DNA from: Cyanidioschyzon merolae | Taxonomy: Eukaryota | Assembly (NCBI GenBank): GCA_000091205.1 | Contig: AP006498.2 | Strand: one strand, 5' to 3' | Length of the DNA stretch: 64,000 bases | In this document: in pieces, positions 57,264 to 64,000 of the stretch | Position numbering within the stretch: the stretch's first letter is position 1 | Layout: the number at the start of each line of letters is the position of its first letter | The notes under the pieces: generated by a model | Database searches by the model: none | Told to the model about the DNA's origin: nothing | Seen by the model: only the letters and a program-made list of their open reading frames with translations | Program-made: the position numbers and the translations under genes

Positions 57264-58984
57264 GCTCGATGTTCGCGGTTTGCTTTCAGTGGCGCTGAGC
57301 TTGCGTGTGTGAACTTGCATCTGCGAAGGTTGAGGCACCCAAAGCTGCGGAGCTGCCTCCCACTCGCTGCTTCAGCGTAACCGCTTCGCGACATGAGCTG
57401 TCGCCCAGCAACAACGCGAATGGTTCAACGATGCCACTTGCGTAGCGTGGATGATATTCGTGCATGCGTCAACCTATTCTTTTTCAAGATGCACAGTGGA
57501 GCATTACCGACTCTCGATGAAGATTCATCAGGGAATCTCGGGACTGGCGCTCGCGTCTGCTCAGGAATGCGTCGCTTCTGTCTCTCTCTCTCGCTTGTTC
57601 ACATGATGCATCCAACCTGATGCACTAGAGCGGTATCACGTTATTCCGCCTTGTACGCAATGTTCTATCGAAAGCGATGCCACACACTGATCAGGCCCCA
57701 GTCTGGGGCGTGCGAACGCTTCCATTTCGTGACCGCTTGATCGACATCGTTCTTGGCTTCGCCGCACGAGACGCCTATTACCCATCCCTATCGTACCCGA
57801 CTTGCTCCCTGTGCGCTTATGGCTGGTGTTGAGCGCATCGCCTCTGTCATCCCTGTCCCGATCGACGCACAACGCGTATGCGTCGTGCTCCACGGTATGC
57901 AGGGACATTCTCGGTTTCCTTTGGGCGTGTGCAGCGTCCCTAAAAGCTGCAGATGCTACTGCAGTCGCATGTAGATAGAGGCAGGATCGAGTTGAGCATG
58001 CACTCAAAGCATGCACACCACGAAGCGTCCGGATAGTATGTGCCCCTCTAAGCGCTTTCGCAAGCGTCCATGTCGAGCCACAGCGTCGTCTACCGCCACC
58101 CACGAATACCTCTGGCCTGCGTAGACTTCACCCGGGGTCAGCGACGCCGCGTGCTGTCGCAAGTCGGAGTCGTCGTCGCTGACGCAGTCTACACGTCACG
58201 TGCGGCTAACTTCCAGCCTAGATGATCACGTAGAAGCGGTTGACCTTGATGCATGCATGATGGTAGCGCTTGCAGTGCCGAGTGCCTCGTGTTCCCGCTA
58301 TACATTTCAAAGGGTGGGGCGCAGCTCGTGGCCCTGGCAGCCGGACCATTGCAACCTGTACCTATGAAACTGGACGGGGCCTGTAGATTCAAGTACTGCA
58401 CATTTCCTGAGCCCGGTTCAAAAAACGCAGAGGCTCGTCAGAGACCTGCTCCCTGTCGTTCTCCCCGGCGTCGTTTAGAGCGGCGGCTTCCCAGGTTTGT
58501 CACTGGATAGAAGTGATCACGCGGTTGCGACCCGAAAGCGTGCGCTTTGAAACGTACGACATGGTCTTCGGCTTATCTACATCGAATTATATCGTTCTTC
58601 TAAAAACGATTCGCACGCAAACAGCGAACACCTCCGCAAAACAGAGGCTACCCGTCTCCACTGCTCTAAAGCGCAGCGCTTTCGCGACGAGTCGGTCGTG
58701 CACCGGCGCTTGAACGCTATGCTGCTCGGCTCGCAGTTGTCCCTGTTGTGAAGCGCAGCCTCCAGGTTCACGCACAAGTGAGGGAGAACGCCAGCATCCG
58801 GCGACTGAAACCGTCGTAGAGTCGCAGGGGAACCTATACGTCAGCGGGCTTGAGCGTACGAACTCTGCAGTCACACGAGCGCCGTTTGAAACGCGAGCAC
58901 TTCTAGTGGCATGGGCGCTCAACGACGCTGTCACTGTTGATTGGACGGAGCTGCACCTGTGTTTGCAGGCACTGCTTCCTTCAC

Positions 58985-59009
58985 AACAACAACAACAACA
59001 ACAACAACT
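58985..59009. repeat. (CAA)9 microsatellite abutting the phosphatase start codon
   Basis: caacaacaacaacaacaacaacaacaa directly 5' of the atg at 59010. Confidence 0.9.
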
Positions 59010-59744
59010 ATGAGCCGCTCGAGTGCGACCAAGGCAGAGACGCTGGCGACGCTCTCACCGCCAGAGTCGTTCGGGATCGTCGAGCAAGGCGTTTACCGCG
59101 CGAACTTGCCACATCCTCTCAGTTTCCCTTTTCTAAAACATCTAAACCTGAAGACTGTGCTGATGCTTTCTCAAGAGTCGCCGACGCGCGTTGTCACCCA
59201 GTTTTTCGAGGATAACCAGGTGGAGCTCGTGCAGCTCGGCATGCGGGTCTTCAAGCCGACTGAGGCTTCCTGGAAACCCTGTTCTGAGGAGCTCGTGAAA
59301 GAGGCTCTCGAAACTGTACTCTGTCGTGCAGCGCACCCGTTGTTGATCTGCGGTGCAAGCGGCGTGCACGCCGTAGGCGTCGTTGTTGGATGTCTGCGGA
59401 AACTACAGGGCTGGAGTCTGAGCTCGATCGTCAATGAGTACCGCAGCTACGCCGGCACCAAAACCCGTTACGTCGACGAGCAGTTTATCGAGCTCTTCGA
59501 TATTGATCTGGTTCAGGTGCCGGCTGACCCCGAGCGGGTGTACCTACCGTCCTGGTACCACGTATACCAGCAGTTTGCTGAGGAGGATCGACAGCGCTTT
59601 CGCAGCGCTAGTGCGCGGGGCGAGATCACCAGAGATGGCATTTTGAGTCACGCCACGTTGAGTTATTGGAAATATTACTTTGCCACGTGTACGGCTCCAT
59701 TGTGCTCGAGTGAACTTGCATGCGACCGCTCAGATAGCGCTTAG
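59010..59744 (+). CDS. PFA-DSP/Siw14-family protein tyrosine phosphatase-like protein with a non-canonical catalytic loop
   Basis: [38 protein letters not shown]...[56 protein letters not shown] compares with Siw14/AtPFA-DSP1 [51 protein letters not shown]. Cys retained; the CX5R arginine and the preceding His are absent. The track ORF starts at a TTG at 58941. Confidence 0.8.
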   Translation: [244 protein letters not shown]

Positions 59745-60184
59745 CCAAGGCGTGCCAGACCCGCACGTTGACAAACCCATGGCATGTCGCGCAACGGCCA
59801 ACGTGTGAAGCGAGATGGTGTCCGGTGGTGCCTTGTCTTTGCCAGGCGTTGGCATTGAAAACTATGTATCGACACTGGTGTCGGATGGAGACGGAATGCT
59901 GGAATGGTCGCTCTGCTCCTGAATTTCGATGTTTTCTACGTTTACGACGTGAAGAACGTCGGCATTCCAAGTGCAGCAAAAAGGGCTCACGTACGCATAA
60001 GTAGTTTTAGGAATCTCGGTCGTCGTTTTGGAGTGCCCCATACGACTCCATGTCGATCGACTTCGCCACGTCACCGCCATGAGCATGGTTCGTGATATCC
60101 TCGAAGGAGGATTCGTAACGTAACCGACATGTCTATCCAATGCATTCGTACGAGGCTTCACGCTTCTCCTTTCGTTACGTCGGA

Positions 60185-61250
60185 CATGCCCAAATCGCGC
60201 ATGCTTCAGGTTCTCGATCTTCTGTTTCAAGGCATTTTATGGGCGAAGCGAATTGCACCGACAGCTTGATAAGGACAAACACTCGACGTCGTTGCCTGAG
60301 GACCTGTTGACGAGCTCATGTCGGAACTTTACTGAACTTGTCACGTCAGACGATCTCTTCCATTCGAAAAACAAATGACATTCTCTTTTCACCCACTGAC
60401 AAAAGCGCATTCGATACCTGCAGCACGGTACCTCTGCGGGGATATGCGCCCAGAGGCTCCCGCCGGTTTTCCCGGTCGGAAAAGAGTCATGCACTCGGAA
60501 TCGAGTCATCGCCGCGCTCTCTTGCAGTGGCGAGTGCGTCACTGCCTTGCACGAAGAGAGCGTTGACGGAAAGGATTGTTACGACTTGCTCTCCAGCCTG
60601 GATCCTCCTACTGGTGTTGCTTTAGTCATGGACAACATCGTGTTCCATGAATCCTCTGTCGAATGGAACAGTGTGCGCATGCACGTGCAGCGCAGCGAGT
60701 ACTTGCCGATGAGATTGCCCAGAAGAAGCCCGTGATCGGACGGTATGGCACCGGGTGCGGATACGGACCAAGGCACCCAGCGGAGACCTTGATTCTCGTC
60801 AACGGGGGCGTATACCAAGCGTTGACGCAATCTATAACGCGCAACAGGTCCGCCCTTGGGAGAGGAATTGTGGTGGTGGACGTGTGCGAACACCTGGTCT
60901 CAGACAAGTGTTTCTGTTGTGAAGAGCGCACCGACGATGCACACAAGGAGGGTACGTATTGCGAGTGGAGCGTAGATCGCAACTTGCGCCTACGCATGAA
61001 ATACGTGAAGAGCTGCTGGGAGCTGTGTAATCGGGTCTTGGGCGCTGCCATCAACATCCGTCGACTGCGCACAGCAGAGTTGTCGCTACGAGAGACACCG
61101 GTATATCGAAAGCAGGAGATCACAGGGAGAAAACGAAGTAGTTGCAAAAATGCCCACAAAGGCTACTGCTGACAAAATTTGGAAGACACGCAATGTTGAA
61201 CATGTACACCCGAGTTTGACAACCCGTCTCACCGTAAGCTGATACGGGCA
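60185..61250 (+). mobile_element. TnpB/Fanzor-like element relic, copy IV (head plus RuvC-II-like, zinc ribbon and a catalytically dead RuvC-III-like tail)
   Basis: Head catgcccaaatcgcgcatgcttcaggttctcgatcttctgtttcaag. Conserved block gagctcatgtcggaactttactgaacttgtcacgtcag. ORF 60663-61172 encodes ...GRGIVVVDVCEHLVSDKCFCCEERTDD...KSCWELCNRVLGAAINIRRL (gctgccatcaacatcc is identical to copy II). Downstream gtaagctgatacg is shared with copy III. Confidence 0.6.
60663..61172 (+). pseudogene. C-terminal fragment of a TnpB/Fanzor-like nuclease (RuvC-II-like VVVDVCEHL, zinc ribbon, RuvC-III with Asp replaced: RVLGAAINI)
   Basis: SDKCFCC compares with TnpB S.tCs.CG. The AAINI motif is conserved but the catalytic Asp position holds Arg/Leu/Gly. 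Confidence 0.5.
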
Positions 61251-61970
61251 TCGTGCATCGTATTGTACCATGCGGTGCAGAGACGCAGCGATCGGCCATG
61301 CTCTACATAGAACACATGCTTGGTCATACCTTTTGAGACGGTGGCGTATGGTTCGGGTTCGCGGAGCCGCGCCCGAGGCCGTCCGTACTTTACAAAAGAA
61401 TCCATGGGAAGCTTCCGCAAGTTGGATTCATGACTGCTTCCGAGCCGCCTTTGGGTGTACGGCAAGCATACCGTAGCCGGCAGCGATGGGAGCAGCGCGC
61501 AGGGCCCCGTCTGTGTTTCAAGCAAGAATCCTTGGGAAGCTCCCGTTCGCACGCAACATGACTGCTTCACAGCCGACTTGGGGCGTACGAGAATCCCAGC
61601 GCACAACCGATAGCGATTGCGGCATGGTCGGAAGCCGGGCACCACGACCACTGCGAAATGGCCGCCATGCCCAGCGTGCGGCTGTCGCCGCCTAACCGGT
61701 TACACACGTTACCGCTGCAGTTGCAGCAGCAGGACGTGGAAGCGTATTCCGCAGGGGTAGTGTCGCCGGCCCTGACTGCAACAAAACGTCTGAGGGCGTC
61801 TGTTTCATGCAGACGACAGGCCTCTCTGCCGCCGTTCGGTCCAAGTCGGGCCCCAGGCTGGAGGCATCGTTGCGCTCCGTGGCAACGGTGCCAACAATCT
61901 GACCTGATTCGCTCGACGAGCTGGGAAGCAGATCCGAATAGAGGTCGGCACGGAAAGCTACTGTATAACG

Positions 61971-63542
61971 CTAGCGAGAAGCGCTACTGTCGCCCTTGGG
62001 GCAGTGAACGTTCTCCATGCTGCGCGCGAAAAACCACTCGGGTGGCGAGCGAAACGCATTGGCGATCCGACTGAAAGTAGATGCCTCCCGCTCGGGCTCT
62101 ACCAGGTCCGGCGACCCGCATTCCTCTTTGAAGGAGTCCAGTGGCGTTGCTGGAGCCGGCTCTAGACTTCCAGTGCCAGCTGGCGGGGTCAGATCACTGG
62201 GCGCTCTCGGTGAAGCGCCAGCCGGGGGCGACTCTTCCCAGGCGTTTCCCTCGAGCGAGAGCAGCCGCTGCATAGGTCGCTCATTCCAGCGGAGACATCG
62301 TGATACCGAACGAAACCAATCCTGTGTCTGGTCGTTATAATTCAACGTAGCTAGAGGCCAAGGTGATATCTGAACTCGTAAGTAGTCCCCGCGCTGGAGT
62401 TCCGTGCGCGCTCGTCCGTCGAAACTGACCCAGGCTGAGCCCCGCGCATGACGCGATACGCGAATTTTCAGCGTTACATAGTCTGGAAAGATCACCGGTC
62501 GAAATGACAGCGAGTGCGGACAAATCGGCGTCAGTAGAATAGCTGGTACCGAAGGATGCACCATCGAGCCGTTGCTCGACAACGAGTACGCTGTGGAACC
62601 CGTCGGCGTCGCCAGGATGACTCCGTCAGCTTGAATGCGCGTCACTGGAAAGTCATCGCAGTAACATTCCAGATTACTGAGAAACGGTGCTGGACCACGG
62701 TCGACGACGACTTCGTTCAATACAGTCTTTTGGATCAGGGGTCGCTGACCATCGCCATCCTTGTAGATAGCACAGTCCAGCCTCATTCGCAGCGTAACGG
62801 TGACGTCGCTGCCGCGCATTACCTCCCGAACGCATGACGGGAAATTGTTGAACGGAAAGGGTGTGAGAAAGCCCAAAGATCCTAGATGAAAAGGCATCAG
62901 TGGTGGTGCCGCTTTCGGAAAGAGCGATGCACAGGCGTGCAAAACGAGTCCATCACCACCCAAGCAGATGACCAGGTCGATGGGTGTCTGCGTCTGTTCT
63001 CGTGGAAAGTGCAACGTGCCCGGTAGCGTGTGCTCTGTTTCCGAGTAGAGGATGAGTTCTGGATACTCAGCTTCAAGCCATTGACATATTTTAACCGCGG
63101 AACTTCGAGCAGAATCAGAGTAGACGGTGAAGAGAATCAGAATGTGTCGCACCGGGCGAGACCAGCGCAAGTAAATGTTGCGATAGCTTGCCGGTAGCAA
63201 AGGACGGTGCAGAACGCGCCACTCAAGAGAGCATGCCGTTGGTTTCTGTGCGAGCTGCTCAAGAACCTCACTGGCTGTGTGTACGTGCGGCAAACGCGGT
63301 ACCTCTGGCGGCGATACCGCTCTCCCCTGTGCACAGGGGTTCACGGTGCGTCGCTCCTCGGGGGTCAGCGGGTCCGAGAACCGCTGCGTTTCCTCCTCTG
63401 CGGCTTCGAGTTGAATTCCGCTGAGTACGCTACGTAGCTGGGAGCACTGTTCGTCCTGTCGAACAGACAGACACCCACTCCCAAGAATAAGTTGTGCTGC
63501 GGACATGGAGCGCCGCCTCCGGCAGCACCGCAACCTGACCAA
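61971..63542 (-). CDS. NADK: NAD+ kinase with long C-terminal extension
   Basis: RPVRHILILF..., ICLGGDGLVLHA (GGDG), NEVVVDRG, DGVILATPTGSTAYSLSSNGSMVHP, TPICPHSLSFRPV. Confidence 0.9.
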   Translation of the reverse strand: MVRLRCCRRRRSMSAAQLILGSGCLSVRQDEQCSQLRSVLSGIQLEAAEEETQRFSDPLTPEERRTVNPCAQGRAVSPPEVPRLPHVHTASEVLEQLAQKPTACSLEWRVLHRPLLPASYRNIYLRWSRPVRHILILFTVYSDSARSSAVKICQWLEAEYPELILYSETEHTLPGTLHFPREQTQTPIDLVICLGGDGLVLHACASLFPKAAPPLMPFHLGSLGFLTPFPFNNFPSCVREVMRGSDVTVTLRMRLDCAIYKDGDGQRPLIQKTVLNEVVVDRGPAPFLSNLECYCDDFPVTRIQADGVILATPTGSTAYSLSSNGSMVHPSVPAILLTPICPHSLSFRPVIFPDYVTLKIRVSRHARGSAWVSFDGRARTELQRGDYLRVQISPWPLATLNYNDQTQDWFRSVSRCLRWNERPMQRLLSLEGNAWEESPPAGASPRAPSDLTPPAGTGSLEPAPATPLDSFKEECGSPDLVEPEREASTFSRIANAFRSPPEWFFARSMENVHCPKGDSSASR

Positions 63543-63612
63543 GCGTCAAACGTCGCATAGGCAGTGTACAGGGGGGGCGAGCGGCGCCCCCCCGCCTCCC
63601 CCGCCCCAGACA

Positions 63613-63999
63613 TCAATGCATACCCGCCCGCAGACGCCTTGCCGTTGTTATCGAGTGGCCACCTACTACGACTACGACTACGACTGGGTTTACCTTCTCG
63701 TTACATAATGCAACCCTCAGAGGCTGCCTGATAAAATTGGTTAGCGTCAGCAGTGCGGGCCTCTTTTCGAGGACCGCACATCCCCTGATACTGATTGTGG
63801 CGTGAAAGTCTCGGTTCACGAACTCGATGCGTTTCTTGCTATCACTGGTTGTACTTACTAATGCAAGTGGCCCTCGAGGTTTCGCCCCCCGTTCCATTTG
63901 CTCTTGTGTCACCGCTCTGTGCTTTTCTATATCCTCAGGGGTCCGCTGGCGCTTTCCCATCTCGACCCTCTGAAGTCTACACCCGAGCTCACGGTGCAT
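63613..63999 (-). CDS. Possible SUI1/eIF1-like small protein (abuts window edge); C-terminus runs into a (GACTAC)n hexanucleotide repeat giving a poly-Val tail. Low confidence
   Basis: ...PEDIEKHR...KKRIEFVNRDFHATISIRGCAVLEKRPALLTLTNFIRQPLRVALCNEKVN loosely matches eIF1 ...TEDYIHIR...KKKLVKAFKKKFACNGTVIEHPEYGEVIQLQGDQRNNICQFLVEIGLAKDDQLKV. It lies only about 70 bp from the NADK ORF start. Confidence 0.3.
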   Translation of the reverse strand: MHRELGCRLQRVEMGKRQRTPEDIEKHRAVTQEQMERGAKPRGPLALVSTTSDSKKRIEFVNRDFHATISIRGCAVLEKRPALLTLTNFIRQPLRVALCNEKVNPVVVVVVVGGHSITTARRLRAGMH

Positions 64000-64000
64000 C

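Noticed and set aside
1-64000. Prokaryotic interpretation (operons, defence island, CRISPR array for the 52-bp repeat)
   Set aside because: Gene content is unambiguously eukaryotic and spacers are kilobase-scale. The 52-bp tandem units are contiguous with no unique spacers, so it is not a CRISPR array.

Overview
Eukaryotic nuclear DNA, about 55% GC, rich in microsatellites. Every recognisable gene is a single uninterrupted ORF (no introns needed), and intergenic spacers are 1-4 kb. Five nuclear-encoded organellar or plastid-type proteins are present: a two-domain plastid-type NFU iron-sulfur scaffold, a CtpA/S41 peptidase, bacterial-type ribosomal protein bL27, a pullulanase-type starch debranching enzyme with no transit peptide, and a COX7A-like ORF. 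These point to an intron-poor photosynthetic protist. A red-alga-like lineage is my best guess, at low confidence.

Confident genes, left to right:
- Rpt5/PSMC3 proteasome ATPase (5' partial, + strand)
- NFU-domain protein (+)
- S41 C-terminal processing peptidase (+)
- 1816-aa GH13 pullulanase (+)
- CDC45 (+)
- eIF2-gamma (-)
- EXT-like GT64 glycosyltransferase (+)
- bL27 (+)
- a 1077-aa unknown protein (-)
- HIRA (+)
- HOP2 (+)
- NDR/LATS kinase (+)
- a PFA-DSP/Siw14-like phosphatase with a degenerate catalytic loop (+)
- NAD kinase (-)

The most interesting signal is a dispersed family of degraded TnpB/Fanzor-like elements (eukaryotic OMEGA RNA-guided nuclease relatives). At least four copies are present, all on the + strand. 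Two retain a zinc ribbon followed by the RuvC-III 'D-x-(N/D)-A-A-I-N-I' signature, and all share a head carrying a GCATGC-N5-GCATGC hairpin. None encodes an intact ORF.

Other notable features:
- a 1.8 kb, 52-bp-unit minisatellite upstream of CDC45
- a roughly 99% identical 665-bp repeat pair 11 kb apart
- several short tandem duplications
- an eIF1-like ORF whose end runs into a hexanucleotide repeat

All calls rest on manual motif recognition. No database searches were run.
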